Positions 1 through 9,741 of a stretch of 50,034 nt of DNA are shown here, one piece after another. How positions within the stretch are numbered: the first letter of the stretch is position 1; every line of letters begins with the position of its first letter. Source of the DNA: Candidatus Thorarchaeota archaeon (GTDB lineage: Archaea > Asgardarchaeota > Thorarchaeia > Thorarchaeales > Thorarchaeaceae). The DNA is taken from assembly GCA_013138615.1 (NCBI GenBank), contig WTCK01000070.1, positions 1 to 50,034 on the forward strand, given 5' to 3'. The position numbers and the translations under genes were made by a program. A model generated the notes under the pieces. It saw nothing but the letters and a program-made list of their open reading frames with translations, searched no databases and was not told where the DNA came from.

Positions 1-1506
1 TTCTGACTGCTTCTTAACCACCTCACGGTCGCGTTTGATATTCCAGTGATTCTTCTGAGCTACAATATCAAGGCTGTATGTCAACTCGCTCTCTCTGAAC
101 CTCAAGAACTCAACTAGTCGCTCTAGATCCTCTACTCTATCCTCGAAAAGCCTGTTCTCTGCTCGAAGAGCATCTAACTTGGAACGAATTGCATCAAACC
201 GTTCCTGAGTCAATTCTTCTTCAGGGTCATCAGGTTCAGGCTCGATATCGATTGGCTCTGATTCCTCTTGAATCAAACTTGAGATGGCCTCATTCATAGA
301 CATGCCTTTGAGAATCAAGGCTTTGAGATGAGATCGGTCAACAGCAATCTGTTCCTCTCGCACCTTATGCTCTATTTGCTGAAACTTTGGCAGCATGCTC
401 CTGTAGGCGTAAACTGCAGCGGTCAATGCGTCACGTTCATGCGCATTTCTGATTCGAACACCGGATAACTCTCTTGCCAGTTCCTGCTTGTCTGCCACAG
501 GAATCGGTCGGCTAGGAGCGTATATCTTAGCGTTCACTGTCTTGCCAATCTTTTCGACAAAGTGAGGAATACGAGGGACATCTGTAGCCACCATCACCGG
601 GATTCCGTGTTCATACACCAAGCGTATGATGTCAGCCCTGGTGAAACTCTTCTTACTCTTGAGAAGGTGAACGCGACCATCGAGTGACAGAAGGCAAATT
701 GCTGCAGTCGTACCTGGATCGATGCCCAAAATGAAGAATCTAGGCTGAAGTTGGGTAGAAACAGGACCAGACTCTAGTGGAACGAACTCGGTCCGCTTTC
801 TTACAGGTGCGATTATGACGTTGAAATCCCCCCCGCGCTTGCGCTCAACAAGGCGCGTAATAACTGGCAAGGGAGCATACGCGACTATTCGGGAACTAGC
901 ATAGCCGAAGTCTGAGTGTCGGATATCAATATCGTACTCGATGCTTGCTGTCTTTAGTTGAGATTCAATAAAACGGGTCATTTGTTGGACCTCAGAGTGG
1001 ATTTTCCTGCGATATCGATTCGCACTCTGCCCACCTTTTCCCATCTTCCGTCCACGTGTCACCTTGATTTCAGTTTGTTCGCCAAAGCACTCTAGGCTGT
1101 GTCCGACTCCTAGCCACGCAAGATGTGCTGCAAGCCGAGCGGATTCAAGCGGATTTGGTTTCCCGCGAACACTGAGTCCATGTCGTTTGGCAAGTCTCTT
1201 GAGCGCAACTTGACGTGGAGGAACGCCAGTAACCTGAACAAGACGAGTTTCATGAGGTAATTTCTCAACAAATTTGAACAAGGATTTGCTGTCAGGCACT
1301 ATCTCGAAAATGTTGTCTGTGCAGAGCCACTTGGGGCTAATCTCTCGGGTTAGCTTCAACAAGTTTGTGCGCGATATCTCCGGGTATTCGCTCAATATTG
1401 TTCCATTTCGCATTATCACGCAGGCAAACTTTGGAGCTGTTTTCGAGCGAGGACTCTTGGAGGGAAGTATATCGAACCCCATTATGAAAACGCTGTCATC
1501 GCCCAT
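1..1506 (-). CDS. DUF460/COG2433-type protein: predicted RNase H-fold (RuvC/YqgF-like) nuclease domain plus C-terminal coiled coil. The 3' end runs off the window.
   Basis: Absent from the ORF track because the window edge truncates it. My own minus-strand translation gives MGDDSVFIMGFDILPSKSP...RFFILGIDPGTTAAICLLSLDGRVHLLKSKK...GIPVMVATDVPRIP...NAHERDALTAAVYAY, followed by an acidic coiled-coil tail (RLFEDRVEDLERLVEFLRF). The ATG is at 1504-1506, with an in-frame stop just upstream at 1519-1521. The GIDPGTT...ATD...ERDA arrangement is typical of archaeal DUF460 proteins. Confidence 0.6.
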   Translation of the reverse strand, partial: MGDDSVFIMGFDILPSKSPRSKTAPKFACVIMRNGTILSEYPEISRTNLLKLTREISPKWLCTDNIFEIVPDSKSLFKFVEKLPHETRLVQVTGVPPRQVALKRLAKRHGLSVRGKPNPLESARLAAHLAWLGVGHSLECFGEQTEIKVTRGRKMGKGGQSANRYRRKIHSEVQQMTRFIESQLKTASIEYDIDIRHSDFGYASSRIVAYAPLPVITRLVERKRGGDFNVIIAPVRKRTEFVPLESGPVSTQLQPRFFILGIDPGTTAAICLLSLDGRVHLLKSKKSFTRADIIRLVYEHGIPVMVATDVPRIPHFVEKIGKTVNAKIYAPSRPIPVADKQELARELSGVRIRNAHERDALTAAVYAYRSMLPKFQQIEHKVREEQIAVDRSHLKALILKGMSMNEAISSLIQEESEPIDIEPEPDDPEEELTQERFDAIRSKLDALRAENRLFEDRVEDLERLVEFLRFRESELTYSLDIVAQKNHWNIKRDREVVKKQSE

Positions 1507-1776
1507 GAAGCTTAGCACTCAATATGGCCTTCTCGGATTTGGCTATAAGAGTTAACATCGATTCAAGACCGTACGAGCCAGTCCAGTCAGATGATCGCAA
1601 ACGAAGTTTCTGCTCGCTGTGTGGATTCATTGGATATGCATGAAGATGCAACACTGAGCAAGGAATAGACAGAATGCAGAAGTCGCAAGTAGTTGGGTTT
1701 GTTGAAATGTTGAAATGATGGTTGTTATAATGAAGGGATATTCGAAAGAGCCAGTATCAATACAATTATTAAAGCC

Positions 1777-2094
1777 ATGATTAAGAAACGCGTCAATTCA
1801 ACTGAGGTGTGACAGCTGTCAGAATTACTAGAGATAAGCAATGACGACGCGATACTACGCATTGGACGTGCTCTTTCTTCGGGCACTCGCCTAAAAATAC
1901 TGAAGCTCCTGCTTCAGGGAGAAAAGGACGTTACACGGGTTGCTAGGCATCTTGGCGGAACGGAAGCCAATGCCAGTGCACAGATTAAAATTCTACAAGA
2001 AGCTAATCTGCTTGGATGTAGATACGAGCCCGGTCAGCATGGCTTGAGGAAGATTTCAAGAACCAAAATTAAACGCATCGTTATCGATTTGTAA
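1777..2094 (+). pseudogene. ArsR/SmtB-like winged-HTH reading frame interrupted by an in-frame TGA at 1810-1812 (disrupted gene, recoding, or non-canonical start)
   Basis: Translation: MIKKRVNSTEV*QLSELLEISNDDAILRIGRALSSGTRLKILKLLLQGEKDVTRVARHLGGTEANASAQIKILQEANLLGCRYEPGQHGLRKISRTKIKRIVIDL*. The portion after the stop is a clean ArsR-type HTH (xTRLKILKLL...V..VA..LG....A.S.QIKIL.EA.LL). It has no ATG, GTG or TTG until codon 2044, so ORF callers miss it. Confidence 0.4.
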
Positions 2095-2120
2095 TTACTG
2101 ACAAATCAATAATGGGCATT

Positions 2121-2720
2121 TTAGGTGCTTAGTGCTGCTTTCCAGCGGCGAATGCGGGTTAGTATGTTATCGCGTTCCTCTGGGCGTATGGTTCTCTTTT
2201 CCCGTGCTTTCAGGAACTTCAACACAACATCCATGTCGCTAGCCACTTTATTGAATGCTGTTTCATCGCTGAATAGATAATCTTTGGCCGCTTGGAGATA
2301 TTCAGCTAAGACATCTGCAGGTGCTTCACCGGTGCGCAGCTCGTGCGTGATTGGATCCAGCACGCGTGCAACCCGAGCGTCCGAAATTGGCGGATGCGTT
2401 TCGGAGTTTGGCTCTCCGGTTTCCGGCGTATCAATAGCTACAGAAGCAATTGGAGGCGAAACGGGTTCTTTCGCGCTCTCCACCACAGATTGATCAGGTG
2501 AGGAGGCGGTAGGGGGAGAGGGCGTTGAGGAGGTGACAGGTGCCTTTGTTTTCTTAATTTCCGTAAACAATTGAACTGCTGAAGAGGTTGAGCCAGTCAG
2601 TTCGTTATCGATGAGATTTAAACGACGTCGCAATTCACGAAGCTGGTCGAACATCTCAACCATTCCTGCTTGCAGCGAGTCGATTAGTCGACGGATTTCA
2701 TCTGTGTCTTCATCAGTCAC
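2121..2720 (-). CDS. Hypothetical protein: N-terminal coiled coil, Pro/Ser/Thr-rich linker, C-terminal helical domain. Last gene of the pyrG-nurA-herA operon.
   Basis: 199-aa ORF 73 nt downstream of herA on the same strand. It has an N-terminal heptad-like segment (IRRLIDSLQAGMVEMFDQLRELRRRLNLIDNEL) and a low-complexity stretch (TSSTPSPPTASSP). I recognise no family. Confidence 0.55.
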   Translation of the reverse strand: MTDEDTDEIRRLIDSLQAGMVEMFDQLRELRRRLNLIDNELTGSTSSAVQLFTEIKKTKAPVTSSTPSPPTASSPDQSVVESAKEPVSPPIASVAIDTPETGEPNSETHPPISDARVARVLDPITHELRTGEAPADVLAEYLQAAKDYLFSDETAFNKVASDMDVVLKFLKAREKRTIRPEERDNILTRIRRWKAALST

Positions 2721-2792
2721 TTAGTTGCACTCCCAATGCTTGCAATTACGTTTTATTCGGTATAAAACTCCAAAAAAGGTTTCTTCAGAGTT

Positions 2793-4316
2793 CTATCTAT
2801 CCGCTTTCTTGATTGCTCGAAGCAAGTCGTGCGTGGATCCCCGCGGCTCGAAGTGGCGTTTGCGAACTTTCACGAAAGTGGGGACGGAAACGGTTTCGCC
2901 GACAAATAGAGCCTCTCCAACTTCAAGTGTAGTGATTGTATCCAATGATTGACGGTCAATGCCCTCGCTACTTCGACCAATGTGTTCAAGGTCATAAGGA
3001 TTGGTGCATCGGAGTATCGCTTGATTGGTGCATTGACTCAAAACTGTTGTCGATAGCTTCACCGGGCGTTGTGAAATCAGGCACAACATTGCAAAAAACT
3101 TGCGTCCTTCGCGTGCTATTGTTTCGATTCGTGTCTTTGGAAGTGCAAGTTCATGTCGGCTTTCAGGGCAAAATTGATGAGCTTCCTCGAGAACCAACAA
3201 GAATGGCGGTATCCGCCCTTGTCGTCGCAGGTAAAGAAGCTCGCTAGCAAGATGTGAAACGACAATCTGCTTCTTCTTGAGTGAAACAAAGTCGCTCAAA
3301 TCAATAATGGTAAGCTTGCCGGGCCGGATGATTTCCATTAGGTCTGGCACTGGTTCTCGCCCGAAGAGACCGGTGTCATCAAGACCAACTAACCAGCTCA
3401 CCAACGCCTCACGAGTGTTCTTGCCAATCGTTTCATCTTCCTTCACATGGGTGATGAGTTCTCGAAGAGTATAGCCACTATCTGAACTTGCCCTCATTTC
3501 CGAAACACTCCGTCGCAAATCACGGACCTGAACTGCACTCATATCAGCCACAAGTGATCTCAACGCTTCAGCAGACAGGTTCTGGGCAGGGATTTGGATA
3601 TGTGAAGCACGAATGTGTTCGACCTCAAATTGAGCGTCAGGCACTCTCAAATCGCTTGCTGTTATATCCTTCAAGTACTTGTACTCGCCATGAACATCAA
3701 CGATTACTACAGCTAGGCGACCGTTATCTTTCGTACGTGAGAGTAGCTCCTCAAGAAGCACTGATACGAAGTACGATTTGCCAGCACCACTCATTGCCAA
3801 TATTGCTAGATGCTTCGACAGGAGTCTATCGAGCGATGGGGTGAACTCGAGTTCGTGGTGCCCCAGGTGACCTAGTCTAAGACCGCTTTTCGCATCAAGC
3901 CTCAAGAAGGCAGAAAGTATCGCCGCGTCAACCCTTCGGACCACAGCTCCCGGCGAAACAGTGAAGTATGGTCTGACCGTTCGGTTGCCAGTCCAAAATC
4001 CTAGAACACGTGCTTCTGCAACTGTATACTGCCAACGATCAGTGGGAAATATGGAGCGCAGAGGTTCGCCTCGGGATTGATACTCTCTCACAGCCTCGGC
4101 ATGCTGATAGTAACGATTTGTCTTCACTAGGTTCTGAACTCTTGCGATTATTGTTCCGTTTTCTGTCACAACGGAAACAAACTCCCCTCGTCGAACCACA
4201 ATCTCATTGGGGGCTCCCTCTGTCACAAATGAGAACTCTAGGACATTCGGGCCATCTCCTGTGCAGATGACTGTTCCCAGCCTACTTGATTGATGCTCTT
4301 CTTCCAACACATTCAT
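2793..4316 (-). CDS. herA: HerA-type hexameric DNA translocase/helicase (HAS-barrel plus FtsK/HerA ATPase)
   Basis: 507 aa. The N-terminal region is HAS-barrel-like (GTVICTGDGPNVLEFSFV...GEFVSVVTENGTIIARV). Walker A is HLAILAMSGAGKSY and Walker B is LLVLEEAHQFCPE. Its start overlaps the nurA stop by 4 nt (4313-4316). Confidence 0.85.
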   Translation of the reverse strand: MNVLEEEHQSSRLGTVICTGDGPNVLEFSFVTEGAPNEIVVRRGEFVSVVTENGTIIARVQNLVKTNRYYQHAEAVREYQSRGEPLRSIFPTDRWQYTVAEARVLGFWTGNRTVRPYFTVSPGAVVRRVDAAILSAFLRLDAKSGLRLGHLGHHELEFTPSLDRLLSKHLAILAMSGAGKSYFVSVLLEELLSRTKDNGRLAVVIVDVHGEYKYLKDITASDLRVPDAQFEVEHIRASHIQIPAQNLSAEALRSLVADMSAVQVRDLRRSVSEMRASSDSGYTLRELITHVKEDETIGKNTREALVSWLVGLDDTGLFGREPVPDLMEIIRPGKLTIIDLSDFVSLKKKQIVVSHLASELLYLRRQGRIPPFLLVLEEAHQFCPESRHELALPKTRIETIAREGRKFFAMLCLISQRPVKLSTTVLSQCTNQAILRCTNPYDLEHIGRSSEGIDRQSLDTITTLEVGEALFVGETVSVPTFVKVRKRHFEPRGSTHDLLRAIKKADR

Positions 4317-5476
4317 CCTCCACCAAACGGATTTCTGGATCGCCTTTTTTCAAGAACTGTGTATGTGAGTCCGGATAGTGCCATCAAACGATCTATAATC
4401 AGCTGGGCTTCGTGGCCTGTAATCCGTGCTCGTGCGTCAGCTTCTAGGATTGGAGTAGGAATGCCATACTCAGGATGCTGCCAAGACAGAGGGAGTACCG
4501 CTGAGAGCGCCTTATCCAATTTCTTTGTGTCATTGTCGTCTTGATCCATGAGAACCTCAATCCTCAATGGTAAATCATCTTGGGCCGTCTTGAGATATGT
4601 CACCCAAATCGATGATGACCAAATGGCCAGCTCATCACTCGCCGAGTTTACATTGTGTGTTAGTTCTGACGAGTACCTGAAAGCGAAGGTTCTCTCACCT
4701 GGCTCCATGAAGGTATCAAGGAGACCACAATCCCTCGAAACCTTGAGAAGCCAACGGTAGTCGACATCTTGCATGAGTTCGAAAACAGATGAATCCCGAA
4801 TAATGTGTGGAAGCAACTCACCTAGTACTTGGACCATTCGCGTGGAGCGGCTGTCTTTCACTATGCCGACCAAAGTTGTTTTTTTCTTTCGGGATTTATG
4901 ATAGAGCTGCCTGTAGAGAGCCATGACTTCCTGAAACTTCGCAAACGCAGTCGATCCACGCTGTGGACGGTCTCTCGGATGATAAAAGAGACTTCCGTCG
5001 ACAAGAATCAGATCTGTGTGGAACTCGTCGAGTACGGAGATTGTTGCTTCAAGCTCAATCGCAACCCGTTCAAGAGAGGCTAGTTGGTCAAGTTCAGGAC
5101 TTGGCAGTGCAAGCAGCACAGGTGTGATTCTTGGCTCCGGGAAGGCTTCGGGGTAGAACTCCACATCAGGACCGTCTTCACGTCCGAACTGGAATACGAC
5201 TGCAACGGCGCGAGTGAGGAGAATATCCATTGATCTGAAACGCTTCCGGACCAACCCACCGTCAACCCCAGCAATTCGGAGACCGGAGAGGCTTGTTGGT
5301 TCCAGCTTCTTCAAAAGAGAGGTTTCCATTGTATCAGGTACTAATGCGGGAAACCTCGACAGGTCTATGTGCCCTTTTATCTTCTTCATGACCGCACCGA
5401 ATCTCTTGCGGGTGGTTTCGACCCGGTTTATCTCTTCAACAAGTTTGGATAGAGCGTGGTCGAGCCGTTTGTCCAC
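4313..5476 (-). CDS. nurA: NurA 5'-3' nuclease
   Basis: 387 aa with NurA motifs IAGVDGGL and LILVDGSLFY. It is translationally coupled to herA downstream and abuts pyrG upstream (1-nt overlap at 5476). Confidence 0.8.
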   Translation of the reverse strand: MDKRLDHALSKLVEEINRVETTRKRFGAVMKKIKGHIDLSRFPALVPDTMETSLLKKLEPTSLSGLRIAGVDGGLVRKRFRSMDILLTRAVAVVFQFGREDGPDVEFYPEAFPEPRITPVLLALPSPELDQLASLERVAIELEATISVLDEFHTDLILVDGSLFYHPRDRPQRGSTAFAKFQEVMALYRQLYHKSRKKKTTLVGIVKDSRSTRMVQVLGELLPHIIRDSSVFELMQDVDYRWLLKVSRDCGLLDTFMEPGERTFAFRYSSELTHNVNSASDELAIWSSSIWVTYLKTAQDDLPLRIEVLMDQDDNDTKKLDKALSAVLPLSWQHPEYGIPTPILEADARARITGHEAQLIIDRLMALSGLTYTVLEKRRSRNPFGGG

Positions 5477-7152
5477 TAAGTTTCCCTCTCTCTCTTATAG
5501 TCCAAAGCGGCCCTTATTAGCCCGGAATATAGAGGGTGTGGTGCTCCCGGTTGCGATTTGAATTCAGGATGATATTGTACCCCAATCCAAAAGGGGTGAT
5601 TTGTAAGTTCGATTGCATTGATTATCGTCCCTGTTGAGTCATGCGCCGATACAATCATTCCTTCTTCAGCCATACGATTTACATAACGTGAAATGAGGTG
5701 ATACCTATGCCTGAAGCGTTCTCTAGCTTGAGTTGTACGATATATTTTGTGCAGTTTGGTACCCTCTACGATTCGTACTTCATGACCACATAGCCTCATG
5801 GTCCCTCCCTTGTCTTCGGTGCCTTTTTGATCGTCCATCAAGTCTATTACCGGGTAGAGACAGTTGGGGTCGACCTCTGTTGTATGAGCACCTTCCCAGC
5901 CCATTGTTGTTCTAGCGAAGGCAATGGATCCAAGCTGTGCCCCATAGCAGATGCCTAGGAAGGGAATCTTTGACGTAAATGAAATTGCTGCGGCATTGAT
6001 CATTCCTTCAACCCCACGGGAACCGAATCCTGGTGTGAGAAGAATGCCATCAACTTCACGAAGAGCCTCCGTAAGACTCGCTTCGTCACTGCTTTCTTCA
6101 GTTTCAATCCACTTGATTTGAACGCTGACTCCATACTCCGAGGCTGCGTGCGTCAATGCTTCATTGATGCTCTTGTATGAATCGCTCAGTGTTGTGTATT
6201 TCCCAGGCATGGCGATTACTACGGTTTCCGTGATGTTTTCAAATGACTCCACTATCTTGGTCCATGAGTCGGTTTCCGGAGTTCTTGATTCCATGCCAAG
6301 GTGGTCAGTAATTATATCACCGAGTCCATGTTCCTCAAAATGGAGGGGAAGTCGGTAAATGACAGGGATGTCTGGGTTTGAAATAACTCGTTCTTCTGGC
6401 ACATTACAAAATAGTGCAATCTTCTGCCGCGCAGCGTCAGGCAGCTTTGACTCAGCCCTGCACACAACGATATCCGGCTGCAGACCAAGTCCTTGGAGAG
6501 TCCTCACACTATGCTGAGTGGGTTTTGTTTTGAACTCACCAACTGATGCCAGAAATGGCACCAGAGTCACGTGGACCAAGGCAACTCTGTTTCGGCCAAC
6601 CTCACTAATGAACTGCCTGATTGCTTCTAAGAAGGGCATCGCCTCTATATCACCAACAGTTCCACCAATCTCAACAAGTAGAACGTCCGGGATCGGTTCT
6701 TGGTTGACAACTGCCAGGATTCTTGATTTGATTCTCTCGGTTACGTGCGGAATTATCTGCACAGTTCGCCCCAAGAAAGCCCCTTTCCGCTCCCCCAAGA
6801 TTACTGAAATGTAAATTTGCCCAGAAGTTATATTCTGAAACGGGTGGACCTCAGTCCCAGTAAATCTCTCATAGGTGCCGAAATCTTGGTCGATCTCAGA
6901 TATCTTAAACGTGATGTCATCAACTGGCTTGAATATCCATGTCTGGTCGGTAACGAAGACTTCGCCATGTTCGGTGGGATTGAGTGTGCCCGGGTCAATA
7001 TTGAGGTATGGATCAATCTTGATTATTCGTATTGTGTACCCTCGGAACTGAAATGTCTTAGCAATCGATGCAGTTGTAACGCCTTTCCCGATTCCGGAGA
7101 GCACGCCCCCTGTTACAAACACAAACCGAGTTTCTTTTGGGGCTGACTTCAA
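5476..7152 (-). CDS. pyrG: CTP synthase
   Basis: 558 aa. N-terminal synthetase motif [14 protein letters not shown]-terminal class I glutamine amidotransferase with LGICYGAQ and YHPEF. Only a TTG start is available at 7150-7152. Confidence 0.95.
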   Translation of the reverse strand: MKSAPKETRFVFVTGGVLSGIGKGVTTASIAKTFQFRGYTIRIIKIDPYLNIDPGTLNPTEHGEVFVTDQTWIFKPVDDITFKISEIDQDFGTYERFTGTEVHPFQNITSGQIYISVILGERKGAFLGRTVQIIPHVTERIKSRILAVVNQEPIPDVLLVEIGGTVGDIEAMPFLEAIRQFISEVGRNRVALVHVTLVPFLASVGEFKTKPTQHSVRTLQGLGLQPDIVVCRAESKLPDAARQKIALFCNVPEERVISNPDIPVIYRLPLHFEEHGLGDIITDHLGMESRTPETDSWTKIVESFENITETVVIAMPGKYTTLSDSYKSINEALTHAASEYGVSVQIKWIETEESSDEASLTEALREVDGILLTPGFGSRGVEGMINAAAISFTSKIPFLGICYGAQLGSIAFARTTMGWEGAHTTEVDPNCLYPVIDLMDDQKGTEDKGGTMRLCGHEVRIVEGTKLHKIYRTTQARERFRHRYHLISRYVNRMAEEGMIVSAHDSTGTIINAIELTNHPFWIGVQYHPEFKSQPGAPHPLYSGLIRAALDYKRERET

Positions 7153-7277
7153 TGGGACTGCCTCGACTGACTAAGTGCGAAGAGAGGTGGCTGTGCAGAG
7201 CCTTGATAGTGCAGCAGATACCTCGGCTCGTATAAAGTAATCGCTAGAATTGACAACCTGGCGATAATTACAGAAAA

Positions 7278-7904
7278 TTATGGAGTCGCTTGTGCCATGG
7301 CGCTTGTACGCATGGATTGCTGGAACAGAAGTTGGAATGCCTCGATTACATTGAAGCCACTCATGGCTACACTTCTGAATACCGGTATTGATAATGGAAG
7401 ATTAAGATGTTCCCTGAGCCGCTCCTCATTGATTGTATCTGGCAAATCCTGTTTATTGAGACAGACAACAATTGGAAGAGGGCGATCCCCTTCAATAATC
7501 ATGGCCATCAATTCATTCCAACTCTCAAGATTCTCATCAAGCAGATGCTCTTGAGAGTCAGCCACAAACACAACACCATCTGCGCCAACCAAAACAACCT
7601 CACGTGTTGATCTGTAGAAGTCCTGACCAGTTGCAGACCAGATATGTGCATTAATTCTCCAGCTGTCACTCAGATTGCAGGGAATTGTTCCGAAATCGCA
7701 GAACATGGTTCTACCCAGCGTGTTCTCTATCGATGTGAGCTTCTCTGTAATGCCTAGCTCCGAAAAAAGCCATCTGATTGTTGTGGTCTTTCCACTCATG
7801 GCTGGTCCGAAAAATACTATTTTGAGCCCAATCGTTCGGTTGCCATAATCTATGATCAAATGACTACCCTCCCACTCTATGTTCCCCACATGCTGTCTAC
7901 CCAA
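7278..7904 (-). CDS. MglA-like small Ras-superfamily GTPase
   Basis: 208 aa. G1 is KIVFFGPAMSGKTT. G3 is WSATGQDFY, which lacks the usual Asp as MglA TVPGQ does. The ADGVVFVADSQ segment and G4 LNKQDL closely track Myxococcus MglA (KIVYYGPGLCGKTT / TVPGQVFY / VDGVVFVADSQ / NKRDL, from memory). Last gene of a three-gene operon. Confidence 0.8.
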   Translation of the reverse strand: MGRQHVGNIEWEGSHLIIDYGNRTIGLKIVFFGPAMSGKTTTIRWLFSELGITEKLTSIENTLGRTMFCDFGTIPCNLSDSWRINAHIWSATGQDFYRSTREVVLVGADGVVFVADSQEHLLDENLESWNELMAMIIEGDRPLPIVVCLNKQDLPDTINEERLREHLNLPLSIPVFRSVAMSGFNVIEAFQLLFQQSMRTSAMAQATP

Positions 7905-8797
7905 GCACCCAAGCCTGAGAGCGCGCCACTCTTGACACAGTCAGAAAAATCTTCGTGCCACTCGGCTCGCATGAACCGTATCAGGTCTGGAAGCTGTCCG
8001 CCGTCCCACCCTATCGCCTCATACAGGTTTCGTGCAGTCAAAGCGGCAGGTGCGCCCAGTTCTCTAGCAAGACGTATCCTTGATAGAAGGGTCACTGCCC
8101 GTCTAGCTGCGTGAACATAGCTGTCTATTTCCTCATCAAACACATCGTGTGTGAGCTTCTCAGCCTCATCGTCGAGCTTCATGACGGAGGTTATGATATG
8201 CTCCGACACATTGAGCCCGCGAAGGGATTTCTTAAGAAGACGCCTGATTCGCTCCAGCGACTGACGCTTTCGTGTGATTATCTTGTCTACGATGCGCTTC
8301 TCGAGGTCTAGACTTCCAGCACTTGGCTGCACAAGCGAGAATCTAATAGATGATGGTGAATCCACTCGAAGTATTCCGCAGTTCTCGGAACTCTGTAGAA
8401 AACGAATGACTGCATCCTGCAATGTTTCTTCAGTCACGTGTACGCCGAGGACAGTTGCACCAAGAGGCATAGCAATAATCCAGCCCGAGAAGCGACTGAT
8501 GCGGTCCAAAGCCAATCTCAGATTGGCTGAAAGGCAGCAGACAATGGTTCTGCTTACTTCATAGTTATGTTTCTCCTCCTCCCACACTGATAGAATCTCT
8601 CCCTCTGATGTGAAATCGCGCCAAAACACAATCTTATGGCGATGAGAGCAGAGCATTGGAATGCTGTTAGCAATGTCATCCACTAACTCGATGTCCTCCC
8701 CAGCTACAATGATTGGAAAACGAGAAAGCACTGCATTCAATAGAAGTGGGAACTCGTCACCCATCATCTCAATCATTCTCATTATGGAATATGTCAT
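7877..8797 (-). CDS. Hypothetical protein, middle gene of the Roadblock-GTPase operon
   Basis: 306-aa ORF. It overlaps the upstream gene by 4 nt (8794-8797) and the GTPase gene by 28 nt, implying co-translation. I recognise no family. The N-terminal PIIVAGEDIELVDDIANSI loosely resembles a degenerate beta1/P-loop region. Confidence 0.6.
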   Translation of the reverse strand: MTYSIMRMIEMMGDEFPLLLNAVLSRFPIIVAGEDIELVDDIANSIPMLCSHRHKIVFWRDFTSEGEILSVWEEEKHNYEVSRTIVCCLSANLRLALDRISRFSGWIIAMPLGATVLGVHVTEETLQDAVIRFLQSSENCGILRVDSPSSIRFSLVQPSAGSLDLEKRIVDKIITRKRQSLERIRRLLKKSLRGLNVSEHIITSVMKLDDEAEKLTHDVFDEEIDSYVHAARRAVTLLSRIRLARELGAPAALTARNLYEAIGWDGGQLPDLIRFMRAEWHEDFSDCVKSGALSGLGAWVDSMWGT

Positions 8798-9741
8798 GGT
8801 TCTCGCCTCGTGAGAAGTAGACTCTCTGTGGAGCCGCTGGACATCAGCAGCTCCTTCAAATCATCAGGAATTGCAGGTTTCATCATTGATGCTGATTCCA
8901 GTATCCGTCGGGTTTCGTCGATATAGTACTTCAATAGGAGTCTCATAAGACCAAGTTTCTGACTGTTACGATCCACCCAAAGGCTGAAGACACCATTCGG
9001 AACTGAGTAGATTACGTGGCGTGTGCGTTCGGTTTCGCACAACACAGTTTGAAGTGAGCTGTTGCGGAGGGTACGGGTTACTCGCTCGGATGCATCGTAT
9101 AGAGCGAAAGACATTGCTGCAAGTCGATCATTTGCGAATGCATCTAGCGAAACGCGAACTCCACCACTTAAGGCTAAGAAGACTGATTCGATATCTGGAA
9201 TGCTATCATGAACCTGTCGCAGAATGGTTCTGAGAGCAAGAGCCTGAGACCGATTCAATGACATTATTGACCGTGAAATGGAATATGTTGCTTGACTACC
9301 TTCAGCTACTGCGAATCTGCTCAGCACCTGCTGTGTTTCGCCCATGTTATACGAGCGGAGTGGCGGAAGTATGCCATCCAAATGCTGTCTCAAAAGGAAG
9401 GATATGCGCGAAAGACTATCCTTCATCTCGATGAATAGGGCTGCAAGGTTGACTCTTGGTGCGGTGGTGATAGCTAAGAAGTAGTCAGGGTCATTCGGGA
9501 GTGATGCCAAGAAGATTTTCGAGGTTTCAGATTCCATTAGAAGATACTTGAAATCCCCATGAATTAGTTTCGCCACGCCAAATATTGCGCAGGTGGATGA
9601 TGCAACCGCAAACACCTCCTCCTTGCTGAACCATACTCCTGCACTAGCAACCGGAAGACCGTCCTTCTGGATCATAACAACATTTTCGACGCCAGATATT
9701 ACCTTGATTGCTTGCAGTGCATCATTGAGGTCGTTGGTCAA
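8794..9741 (-). CDS. Tandem Roadblock/LC7 (MglB-like) domain protein
   Basis: 315 aa. The first domain is ALQAIKVISGVENVVMIQKDGLPVASAG...SKIFLASLPNDPDYFLAITTAPRVNLAALFIEM. The second is LRQVHDSIPDIESVFLALSGGVRVS...HVIYSVPNGVFSLWVDRNSQKLGLMRLLL. Both fit the Roadblock/LC7 pattern (G..ga.l...DGl.va). Confidence 0.75.
   Translation of the reverse strand: MTNDLNDALQAIKVISGVENVVMIQKDGLPVASAGVWFSKEEVFAVASSTCAIFGVAKLIHGDFKYLLMESETSKIFLASLPNDPDYFLAITTAPRVNLAALFIEMKDSLSRISFLLRQHLDGILPPLRSYNMGETQQVLSRFAVAEGSQATYSISRSIMSLNRSQALALRTILRQVHDSIPDIESVFLALSGGVRVSLDAFANDRLAAMSFALYDASERVTRTLRNSSLQTVLCETERTRHVIYSVPNGVFSLWVDRNSQKLGLMRLLLKYYIDETRRILESASMMKPAIPDDLKELLMSSGSTESLLLTRREP

Noticed and set aside
1810-1812. 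Genome-wide TGA reassignment or selenocysteine as the explanation for the in-frame TGA
   Set aside because: TGA terminates korA (28769-28771) and rfcS (23634-23636) at positions where the proteins end normally. A Sec residue in the unstructured N-terminus of an HTH regulator has no precedent that I know of. The case is kept as a low-probability alternative in the corresponding finding.
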